A stretch of 64,000 nt of DNA from Haliotis rubra (taxonomy: Eukaryota), in assembly GCF_003918875.1 (NCBI RefSeq), contig NW_025766214.1, positions 1,054,001 to 1,118,000 on the forward strand. Direction: 5' to 3'. Position numbers and translations under genes: made by a program. Under the pieces are notes generated by a model. The model was not told the origin of the DNA. It ran no database searches and was given only the letters and a program-made list of their open reading frames with translations. Positions 51,101 through 60,190 of this stretch are shown in pieces. Numbering within the stretch: the first letter of the stretch is position 1; the number at the start of each line of letters is the position of its first letter.

Positions 51101-54100
51101 AAAACAGAATTTTTAGATTTTTGTTTCATACATAATCTGCAGTAGAAAACTACAACCTATCACCCTAAGGTGAATGAACAACTTGCTGGCACAATTCATT
51201 GAAGCATCAAAATAACAAAAAATATATTCTTATTAGAAAGTAACAGTCACTGAGATAATGTTCTATAACTTTCTTATTGCAATTACAGTTAGGACTCTTA
51301 AAGTTACATTTCAACTCTTAAAAACAGATTTTGACTGACTGACTGAGTTTGGTTTTACGCCACTTTGAGCAATATTCCAGCAATACCACGGCAGGGAACA
51401 ACAGAAATGGGCTTCACACATTGTACCCATGTGGGGATTCGAACCCGGGTCTTCAGCGTGACGAGCCAACGCTTTAACCACTAGGCTACCCCAGCACTCC
51501 AACAGATTTTGAGGATCATGATGTGGTGTTTGGGTGTTTCTCATCACCGCTATAATCTTCAATTGAAATTCGATTTGGAAATAGAGAATAGAATTGGTTT
51601 TCATTACCCTACCTCTTCAATTGAAATTCGATTTGGAAATAGAGAACATATCGGGGTTCATACTTTTCATACGATGCCCTAGGGCAAAATATCACTTTGT
51701 CATGGTGACGTGACATCATGAGCAATGCTATGACGTCACATTTCTTCTGTGACGTTGCGCTCTACATGCGGCGACGGTGGGTAGCCAGCCTGTTTTTGAA
51801 GGTAGATTTGTGTTTATGTTCCTCAATTTGACGACTTCGGTAATAAACAGAATATTATATTTGTGCCTATGTCATACTATGTTTGCGACACTCGTGCCTT
51901 AATATCGGTATATCCCTCACTCTCGCTCGGGAAATACCAACATTTAGGCATTCATGTCGTTAACATAGTATGACATGGGCACTCATATAATATCCTCTAT
52001 ATATATCCAGCAGTTTACTGCCCTGAATATATTTTACCAACTTACTGTTTCATAAAACAAACATGTTAAAGGCATTTGCAGAAGGATAATCGAAAGAAAA
52101 AGACTCCGGCCATGGCTTTGTCTAACCCATGTTGTAACCATTCTGCTGTTTCCTCTCAACACAGAAATAGCATTGTAATGGTGAATATAACATGAGGATG
52201 CAATGATTTCACACAGTTTGAAAAAGCAAAAATTCAAATTTTATAACCATTAAGAAACTCGTCACAATTCAAACTGAGCACTATTTTACACATAATAACT
52301 AACTCATTCTCTCTCTGTAAAACTGAACGGATCATTTTGTCATGAGATGGAGAAAGAAATATAATGCTGTCTAACATGTCTAATGGACAACGCATCTGGT
52401 CATCAATCATTCAAACCAAACACACCATCATAATTCAAAGGAGGAGAGAAACTTGAAAAGACTTTGAATGTTGGACAGTTATCTTGTAATATCCAGCTAC
52501 TGAGAAACATTTCGTTCATACTTTCAGTCAGCCAGTGAACATCATGAACATGATGAACAAGTTCGGGTGTGTAATATCAAAGGATGAAAAGGAATTTTGA
52601 AGAGAATATGTACAAAGAGACCTTGAATAACTCTTAGCAGACAGTACAGTCAAGGAGTCTTTGGACTGGGTAGAAAGATGCACAGAACAAAGAAAGCTAT
52701 TTACACAGTCCATACAGGAATCTCTTCAGGTGATACCTGGGACTATTCTGAGATCGATTTTCTATTTCCGTTGATAAACACACAGGTATATAAGCTTAAT
52801 TTCAGTGACTATTCAGTGACTTAATATTTAAGGGGTGAGCATGTTAATAACAGACATAATAATACCTGACACAAGGGTATTTGTTTTTTTGAGGATATTT
52901 CGTTTTCTTAGTTGTCAATGCCATAAGGTAACTATATACTTGATCATCTTATTTCAGGCTGGAAACATATTCAGTTCTGACAGTAATGTAGTTGTAATGA
53001 GGTCCTGCAATCAAGGAATCACTGAAAGTGAAACACATAATGCTGATAAATTCAGCCACATTACAATGATATTTTATGTGGTGTTTTGAAAATGTTCACT
53101 GGCATATAGACATGACAGACCAACTATCTCACTCATTGACACATTTCCACTAAATAACAGAAATCAGCTGATTCCAGTATACATAGGGGCAATACACATG
53201 GGAGGAAAGGAGGGAGGACCAGGCAGCTGTAGAATTGGATCTGTTATATACAAACCCACATTGATAGGTGGGAGAGAAGTCATTTTAAAGTTACGGAGAG
53301 TGATGATAACATTCTTTTTCATCTCTCATATCTTTCATGAAAGTCAATGCAATCATAAAGATGTACATCAACAATGTAATTCTTTGTTCATTTTAACAAG
53401 AACTGATTCTTCTGGAACACTGAGAACCTGCCTTATTTTTGTGTTTGTCGGTTGCTTAATGCCATAATATTCGGGTTATATCATGAGAACAGTTTGAAAA
53501 TAACCGAGTCTGAACCAGGTGAAATAACAACTGATATTATGAGCAATGGTTTTCACCATCTGATCATGCTGACACAATATTAACTAAGTCATCAAGATTG
53601 ACCGCCCTATCCACTTAGATAGAATGTGGAATGCTTGACTTTAACAATGGAAAGCAAGTAAACATCTTGAACAATTGGTTCGCCCTTAGTCACAACTTTC
53701 GTCAAACTGCCATTCTCCAAATGATATTTGGCTGACAATTACTGAGTTTTAAATGTACATTTACACACAATATTCATCTGTCAAGAAGAGTATTTCAGAA
53801 TATGAATATCAATCTGCTTGGGCAAATATGATGCAATTGCAAACACGATAACATACTGAAAAAGAAAATATCCATGATATAGATGTAACCATTAATTATG
53901 CTAATGGATATCTTAGGTGATCCTTCATTCAAAACTGGCAAGAATATAGCAATGGTAACTAATGCACATGCCCGACTATGTCAGCCGATGAGAAAGACTT
54001 TGGAATAGAGAATGCTGTAGGCTTACTGGGGTTAAAGAAACTAGGAATGCTGAACATAACTTTACAAAACAAAAGCTATGACATAAACATGGAAATAGTG

Positions 54101-54798
54101 AGAAATAATCTGTGATGTAGTTGTTCCTAGTGATCACTGGCATGATATTGTCAAAGATTGATATCAGACATTGAATGTGGCAATATGAATCCTGAATCAC
54201 CAACATCCATATTGGTTGACATTGAAGACAGTATCTTCAAAATGGTATTTCTGACACTGGCAATAACACTAATCCCATGGTTTCAAGCATGGATATTCAT
54301 TATAGTAAACGAACTACATATCAGCTTGATATAACAAAGTATTTTTCCGGCCATGTGTGAGACATGTGTGAACAGATGGTAATTGCTTTTGAAGATTCAG
54401 TAACCAGAATATTTTGAGTTTCAGTTGCTATAACACAATGACAATGGTTCCAGACATCTGGAAATATTCAATGGCAACATCTCAATCAAATTCTATAGCT
54501 GTCTTCCTATTATTTTTCAAATATCGTGAGAAAAATAAATATTAGTCATGTTTCTAAACACAGACATTTGACTCACAATGTTCACGCTTGCTTTTCTCAG
54601 TTCACGATTTTCCTCTTGTAACGATTTGCATTTTAGCTTGTAGGTTTCCAACTCCATCTTCAAGACTCTGTTTTCCTGACCTAGCGATTCTATTCTCTTT
54701 TGCAGTTGTTCCATCTGTGCTGGCGACGGTGGTTTCATCGTAGGGCCCCCGTCAATGGAGCTTGTGTCGCTCTCCAACTCACTAGCACTGTCCGCCAT
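22629..54798 (-). CDS. CCDC6: Coiled-coil domain-containing protein 6, 9 coding exons, 1335 nt / 444 aa (gene span)
   Basis: Manually spliced exons of 222+150+129+104+158+157+119+224+72 nt, all GT-AG and in phase. Peptides match CCDC6 as recalled: [53 protein letters not shown]. Confidence 0.93.
23099..23394. repeat. 23-bp minisatellite (TGTAGGCCTACCACTGTGGTTCA), ~13 copies
   Basis: Direct inspection. Confidence 0.95.
23797..23948 (-). mobile_element. SINE family A
   Basis: Family consensus match. Confidence 0.85.
24389..24548 (-). mobile_element. SINE family A
   Basis: Family consensus match; flanks shared with other copies (see findings). Confidence 0.85.
24817..25040 (-). CDS. CCDC6: CCDC6 exon 8, Pro/Ser/His-rich ([12 protein letters not shown]...NPNIH)
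   Basis: ctgccag acceptor in phase 1, GTGAGT donor, GC-rich open frame. Confidence 0.8.
25100..26342. repeat. ~1.2 kb polypurine (GA-rich) low-complexity tract with recurring GGATGAGAGTGGGC motif
   Basis: Almost all G/A on the + strand. Confidence 0.92.
27086..27225. repeat. (GT)n/(GA)n compound microsatellite ending in a SINE A tail
   Basis: Direct inspection. Confidence 0.92.
27290..27830 (+). mobile_element. LINE ORF2 3' fragment (RTE-X/CR1-group-like), disrupted
   Basis: [35 protein letters not shown]-terminal zinc motif of non-LTR ORF2. Confidence 0.72.
27985..28140 (-). mobile_element. Degenerate SINE family B fragment
   Basis: ccactgagataccatgcc..acatta..gactccgag..gccaggcaggga matches family B. 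Confidence 0.65.
28367..28485 (-). CDS. CCDC6: CCDC6 exon 7 (HFNEMSKQ...[11 protein letters not shown]...RPLSP)
   Basis: ttttcag acceptor, GTAGGT donor, 119 nt. Confidence 0.9.
28805..29103. repeat. Irregular ~38-50-bp tandem repeat (TCAAGTCACTAACTGTAACCACAAAATGCTCC...)
   Basis: About 7 units. Confidence 0.85.
29218..29374 (-). CDS. CCDC6: CCDC6 exon 6 (EEKMAQ...[35 protein letters not shown])
   Basis: gttcag acceptor, GTAAGA donor, 157 nt. Confidence 0.92.
29469..30190. repeat. 72-bp minisatellite, array 1 (~9-10 units)
   Basis: Unit translates as [24 protein letters not shown]; same unit as 40468-40828. Confidence 0.92.
30218..30374 (-). mobile_element. SINE family A (diverged)
   Basis: Family consensus match. 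Confidence 0.8.
31197..31354 (-). CDS. CCDC6: CCDC6 exon 5 ([18 protein letters not shown]...RQALSE)
   Basis: atgcag acceptor, GTGAGT donor, 158 nt. Confidence 0.92.
31544..31712 (-). mobile_element. SINE family A, full length
   Basis: 11-bp TSD TAGTTGAATGA. Confidence 0.9.
31890..31966 (-). mobile_element. 5'-truncated SINE family A
   Basis: 12-bp TSD TGAACTGCTATC. Confidence 0.85.
32110..32213 (-). CDS. CCDC6: CCDC6 exon 4 ([34 protein letters not shown])
   Basis: cttgtag acceptor, GTCAGT donor, 104 nt; not captured in frame by the ORF track. Confidence 0.93.
32274..32626 (-). mobile_element. SINE family B (MetaSINE-like), full length, in CCDC6 intron 3
   Basis: Near-identical to 2437-2785; TSD CCATRTTCTGAG. 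Confidence 0.88.
32943..33071 (-). CDS. CCDC6: CCDC6 exon 3 ([10 protein letters not shown]...KQQTLEQ)
   Basis: ttgcag acceptor, GTCAGT donor, 129 nt. Confidence 0.93.
35768..35956. mobile_element. Non-autonomous DNA transposon, Academ-like
   Basis: TAG...CTA termini and a perfect 9-bp TSD GATCAAGCC (35759-35767, 35957-35965). Confidence 0.6.
36280..37242. repeat. 40-bp minisatellite built from two related ~20-bp subunits
   Basis: TAATGTCATGCAGTCACCAAAC + AATGTCATGGTCACTCCT. Confidence 0.93.
37424..37557 (-). mobile_element. SINE family A with internal deletion, 20 bp from the exon 2 donor
   Basis: Consensus match. Confidence 0.8.
37577..37726 (-). CDS. CCDC6: CCDC6 exon 2 ([10 protein letters not shown]...SRKLMQ)
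   Basis: tttgcag acceptor, GTGGGT donor, 150 nt. Confidence 0.94.
38108..38376. mobile_element. PIF/Harbinger-type MITE
   Basis: TIR GCCCTGATTTCTCGAAACAAAC / GTTTGTTTCGAGAAATCGGGGC; TSD CTG. Confidence 0.82.
38434..38839. mobile_element. Possible hAT-type MITE
   Basis: CAGGGGTTCAA / TTGAACCCATG termini and repeated CTTGCCC/CTTGTCC subterminal motifs; no clear TSD. Confidence 0.45.
39425..40290. repeat. 60-bp minisatellite, ~14 units, divergence increasing rightwards
   Basis: Successive 60-nt lines align directly. Confidence 0.93.
40468..40828. repeat. 72-bp minisatellite, array 2 (5 units)
   Basis: Same unit as 29469-30190. Confidence 0.93.
40822..40959 (-). mobile_element. SINE family A fused to the 72-bp array
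   Basis: Consensus match. Confidence 0.8.
41410..43676. repeat. 42-bp minisatellite, ~53 copies
   Basis: Unit GTCAGTATGACATATAGGACCTGCAATAACAGTACTCTCTGG; source of the repetitive ORFs. Confidence 0.96.
44056..44217 (-). mobile_element. SINE family A (diverged)
   Basis: Consensus match, (ACTC)n tail. Confidence 0.82.
45487..45856. repeat. 17/18-bp minisatellite (CTACTGGGCTACCCTAT/AAA), ~21 copies
   Basis: Direct inspection. Confidence 0.93.
46712..46942 (-). mobile_element. SINE-like family C (diverged, near full length)
   Basis: gcctgaccacccgatccc..catgggttactgaaga..ttctaa. Confidence 0.72.
47241..48480. repeat. 54-bp minisatellite, ~21 copies, interrupted by a SINE A tail at ~48249-48306
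   Basis: Unit CACATTTACTGAGCAGAACCAGTAACAGATGCACTGAATCTCTGTGATCTGAAG. Confidence 0.94.
49137..49247. mobile_element. Harbinger-type MITE, right end eroded
   Basis: CTG+GGCCCTTATTCTCGAAACGTTCGTAG ... CTACAAAACTTTCGAGAATA. Confidence 0.6.
49506..49757 (+). mobile_element. SINE-like family C, full length
   Basis: Same 5' start as the copy at 260; (AAC/AAAC) tail. Confidence 0.8.
49950..50112 (-). mobile_element. SINE family A
   Basis: Consensus match. Confidence 0.82.
50672..50845 (-). mobile_element. SINE family A, full length
   Basis: 13-bp TSD AACTGTATCTTGA. Confidence 0.9.
51334..51500 (-). mobile_element. SINE family A, full length
   Basis: 12-bp TSD AACAGATTTTGA. Confidence 0.88.
51849..51996. 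repeat. ~148-bp imperfect palindrome, probably the end of a non-autonomous DNA element (~51560-52000)
   Basis: AGAATATTATAT..GTGCCTATGTCATACTATGTT pairs with AACATAGTATGACATGGGCAC..ATATAATATCCT. Confidence 0.75.
54577..54798 (-). CDS. CCDC6: CCDC6 exon 1 ([11 protein letters not shown]...RKASVNI)
   Basis: ATG at 54798; donor GTGAGT from 54576; phase 0. Confidence 0.93.
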
Positions 54799-57049
54799 TG
54801 TGATCGACAAAGATCAACAAGCGTGACTACCTAGCCGCCACTACGACGACATATATCAATACAATTTTCAATCTATACGACTAATACCAACGTTGAATTT
54901 CAACACAAGAACACATCGGTTCGAATTTTTGTTGATTAATCGACTCCATGGATAATGCAGCGACGTGATACATCTGTCAATAAAATAAATTGACCTTGCG
55001 TTGGGTCATGACCCGAGAGGTCATTGGCATGGAAAGGGATCCCTGAAGTATTTAAAACGAATTTCTAAAATTTAAACCATATAATTTGAATTGATACAAT
55101 GTTGCAGTACATGTAACTTTTTATATCAAGTATAAAATGGATTTAGAAATATTCTGTTGAGAAACTAGGAAACTATTACACATTCTCTATCAGACAAATA
55201 TTGAAACAATAACTACTCCTAAAACCCGGAAATTAGTTGATATTCCACTAAAGGTCAAAGGTAAAGCACGTTGCGATACGCCCGCAGACGACAGATAGCG
55301 GCAACATAATGGATGCTGTGTGGAAAACCATGAATGATTATTTACCAAAGACTAAAGAAGTAAGTTGGTCATGCAAGATGTGCAACATAAAGTGCAGTTA
55401 GGATGACATCACTGTGTTGACAAAACAAATGACATGTTGACTGCACGAGTCCCATCTCTTGTCAAAGGCAACGACAAATGCGCTGATCGAGTTATTTTGT
55501 CTTTTCTATTTATGGGATTTGATGAATTGCCGGCTTAGGCTAAAGCGTAAGCTCATGACTTTCATGGAACCGCAATAACCTTCATGAAATGACGTAACTA
55601 GTGCCATAGTCTGGTTCTTGGGCAATCTGGGGAAAATCCTGGAAAATGTTGTCTTTTGACCAAAATCAAATTGAGATCTTATGCAACATTCTTCACTTGA
55701 CTGAATTATAAGGATAATAATATCCGTAAGCACGGCTAAACATCAGTAACCTATTATTGTGTGTTATTACTGTGTACAAATATTGTTGTTTTAGTTTGCG
55801 CTTAGAATCCAGAAAATGAATTGGGGAAATCTTATTTTATTTTAATTTTTTGTAGTTCTTAATGATCATATATTATCTTCCAAATAATGTAAGTTCTTTT
55901 GTGACATGCAAATATATCTTGATTCCTCCCACTGATTTTCTTCTGAGTTATGTTTATTCTAGGAATAAAACTTGCCATCTGATAAAACCTTTAGGGGAAT
56001 ATATTTCAAACAAGAGTAGGATTATTGCAACAATCTCCAAATGGTTAAACAATTCATCCTTAGAAAGAGGTGCATGTTTCTCTTAATCTTCAGAATATGT
56101 CAGTCATAAGGAAGCTCTAGGATCTGTGTGACAATGAAGTCAAATCAAGTGTATGATAAGACCATATGACAATATATTCAGAGATAGAAAGTGAATGGGT
56201 TTTTTTTCATTACATAACAAAATTATCTGCTATTGAGTTGCCATCTTCCTAAGGGTAAAAGTGGTAGTTATGTCACAAGTTCATTCTGAATAATATTTTG
56301 GATTTATGCTAATTTAAATCCCTGATCATGCTCTATTTGAAATGTTGCATAATGGGTCCAGTTTTACAAAGTTACTATAATTACTGATGATTAATCTGTT
56401 GATTATGACATGAATGGACCAGGAAGTCATTAAATATTCAGATCCCTGATTGATATGATCCACTAGTCAAAAGGCTTTGATAATGAGTCACTTACGGGTC
56501 AGATGCCATATGGCTGCACAAGGGAATGACAAGGTGGTGATGCTAAAATGTTACATCATTGAATATGTTCTGCTGTGAATACAGTACCTTTCACTGAGTG
56601 ATGATGGCTGTTGTTTCATGGTTACATTTCTTCATAGGATAATAGCTATAACAAAATATTACACCCATGTACATGGTAAATAGGCATAACTTCTAGTTTA
56701 TAGTTTCTACACATTGAAGCCATTATTCATTACACAAAGTTCTCTGAAGCTATTATGTGTTGTAATTTTATGAAAAGAGATTATCATGGAATCGGTGTAA
56801 GGACAGGATCATACTTTGCTCCATGCTATTCTCCGTTAATATATGACCAGTTCCAAAAATGTACAGTAAATTGTCACATTGCTTACATATTGTATTTGTA
56901 AGAGTAAAAATAGTTTGGTGATCTCAACCCAACTTTTACGATTTTTTAATGGCTGCCCCTTCTCAAAACAAATAACCAGTACCTCAATGGATAAATCAAA
57001 TTTTGAAAACACAGCACATTATTAGGAATAGACCGATCCAGTCTGTCAA

Positions 57050-57345
57050 TCAAAACTGGCGCATGCGTCAATTTTGGCCAATCAGCAGGCCGGGCGCGCT
57101 GTGTGGATTTGTCAGACTTATTTCCGGGGTCAAACGATGCCTCCGAAGCGATGTGCTATGAATTATGCCATTTACACTCGCTATATCTATTACATATTGC
57201 TGTGATTTGATGTGTACCTTTACCAAAACCATTACGATCAAGACAAAAAAATTGAGGCGGATCAAGGAATGCGATAGGCCTAACGAGCAGTTAAATGTCG
57301 GCACCGTTGCTCACGCGAACCTACGCCTGCTTTCGAAGGTGAGAA
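57050..57345 (+). promoter_or_regulatory. CpG-enriched promoter-like segment with possible first exon, divergent from CCDC6
   Basis: GCGCATGCGT (NRF1-like), CCAAT, TTCCGG (ETS-like), then donor AAG|GTGAGA at 57339. Confidence 0.5.
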
Positions 57346-60079
57346 TTTACACGAATTTACACACTTTCGCACATGTGCAAAAGCATTACCAATAGATGAC
57401 AACAAATAGTAGTTTAGGATTTTGCAAGTGTTATAAACACGGGCAATTCTTGTAACTACAAAATTGTTTTTGCTTCACGTTTTTAGTCACTACTAGGCAT
57501 TGAGTTGGTACACCATAAACCTGAAATGAGACAGGCGAGAAAGCCGTGACACAATGTAAACAAATCTGACAGCGAGCTGATTTCGGTTAGGGTCGACCGA
57601 AATAGAAAAACTTGTTACATTAAAGAACAATGTGGTGGATATGGTTGCATTCGCGATTAGATATTCTTAAATTTGTCACACATTTTAGGATGTTTTAAAG
57701 TTTCAAAAGCACAATCTGAAGGCCTATGAACAGTACAGTATCTGTTGATAGTGCAAAATATTCGAGGAGTAATATTTCTTTTATCCAAACAGAAATATTG
57801 TCAGTGTCAGCAGTTGCCTATCAGGCAATATCAAAACATCAAAATTAATTCAAATGAGTGTCTATAAAACCATGTCTTAAATATTTCAGAATTTCTATAA
57901 AGAGATGGGACCTTGAATTGATTTAGCTTACTCCATGTGGATCGGAGACGAAGACTATGTTAGAAGAATATGACTTTCTGGAATATCGGACGCAGTGAAA
58001 TATAAGTTTATTTTCTAACTATGAGAACATTCTTTGTTTTGATTTTTTTGTCACAGCATAATTCTTTTACATGTAGGGTGGGGTGAGTGGGTTACATTGG
58101 TACATTTTAGAAGTAATAACATAATTCTGTCATTTTAATTATAATTCACTGGAAATGATAGCAAAGTATGCTTTAAGAATCTTGCCTCCTTCAGGAAACG
58201 AGGAAAAGGTAATAAAATAGATAATAATCCAATCAATTATAAATAATTACTTAATTGACTCACATATCAGATTCATGTGAAATTAAGGCAGAACTAGGCA
58301 AACAAACACTATATTACATATCATGGCTGAACAATCACTTGATACTAAGTTAGCTTGTTTGTTTTAAGATATATTTGGTCTTTAAATAATATGTTTACTA
58401 ATAAGATTATTCAGAGAGTGAACACTAGTATCATCACTCATAATAAAGTTATTTCAACATCCAGAGAATTTGAAGAAAAAAACAAAGGCTACATTGTGGT
58501 CACACCCAGGCATTATTCAGTCTTGGAACCAAATAACTTACAGAATTCTAAGTTGACTGTTCATGTAACTGGAATGGATATTGAAACATATAATATTCAA
58601 CCCCGATTTCATGTAATACTTTTTAGAAATCATCAGCTTTTGAGGAGGTTACCAATATTTGAAGACTGAGCCAAAATAGTGTTTATTAAGATGTTGGTTT
58701 TGGACAAATTGTTCAAGGTTTGTTGATGCTTATTTGGAAAAATAAGCTTAAATTCATATTAAATTGCACACTGGTTTAATTGCAGGAGGTGAAAGCTTCA
58801 GGACATTTTCATGTATGTTTTCCTAAACTTTTGTTTTGACTTTTACCAAATTTTTAAGCAACTTTAATATAATTTTGATGACACTAGTAAGTATCTCAGA
58901 AAAGGAAATAGATCAGAATTAGTGTTATGTCCCTAAGGGATATGGTCTCAGATCTAATAAGATTATCATTGTTTAAGAAGCAATAATGTCAAGATGTAAT
59001 TTTATTGACAAAAGCTTTAAACTTTGAATATATTCTTTGCCTCTTATTTACATTAGTAGTTAGCAGTTAAATATATCTGAAGAAAAAGCAGTATATTTGT
59101 ATGTTGTGTAACATTCTATTTCAATGCTAGTTAACTGTTCGGATAACTGTGGATCCTCTGTTCAAAGATTTTGCATCACACGTTTCCTATTTACGGAAGA
59201 TGTGTCAGTGTACAGGTGCAGACTGTATCTTGGATTCTTTGTGTTTATGGTGGTGTGACATACCTGTAGATAAATGCTGGCAGTTCATGAAGTCCATTAT
59301 ATAAGTGGAGGTTTGTAGATTAGGATTCCACAACAAAGTACACATAGAAAAATAAATTGGGAAGGATTATTAAAAAAATGGATTTCCTTATATTCAGTGT
59401 CATTTTAAGATGGTGTACAGATTTTGAAGAGAGAAATTTTACTTAGAATAGCTGCAGATTAGCTGCTGAATATTTGCTTCTGGGTATATCCAGATACATC
59501 CATGGAAACATACTGTGTTAACAGGTCCAGTAACGTTTTCAAGATAATATATACAGACAAACAAGGTGGACGCCAGTAGTAGACGGGATACTGTTTTCCC
59601 TCGCGTTGTTCCTTGAAAGGTAGAAACCCATGTTTTCACAAACTTCTAATGTAACTAATTTTGAACAAAGGATAAATAAATAAAGGTGGCACGCCAAGCA
59701 GTTTTGACAATCTTTTATAGATACCGAAACGATCTGCAACTTGCACATGTGGTTGTGTTCCACGGTTTTATATTATTACGATGGGAAATTTTAGAAAAAG
59801 CAGCAAACAACATAATTCAGTTACCTTTCCCCTGCTAATAACTTACCCGAACGGAATTGCGGATAGATTATTTGGTAGAAAATATAAACTCTAATCTCAG
59901 CAGCTGGCTGAGACGATTTTTCATCGGCATGTAGATCTAACTACATTTTCACTCGCCAATTATACAACCTGTCAACTAAAATATATTGAAAATAAAATAC
60001 GTATAACTTTCCTTTTTAAATATCATTCACGAACGACGGATACCAAAGTACAACAAACAGAATTCATCAACAACATTCG

Positions 60080-60190
60080 CAATCACGTACGTTTCGCCGG
60101 CGGTGACGCCATTGTGATTAGTCAGTAGTTGTCCCCCCTAACGTCAAAAACGAAGTGGGCGGGGCTTATCGTCCGGGACTGGATCGGTCT
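60080..60190. promoter_or_regulatory. Second CpG-enriched promoter-like segment
   Basis: GC box GGGCGGGG, CGCCAT (YY1-like), TGACG half-site. Confidence 0.4.
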
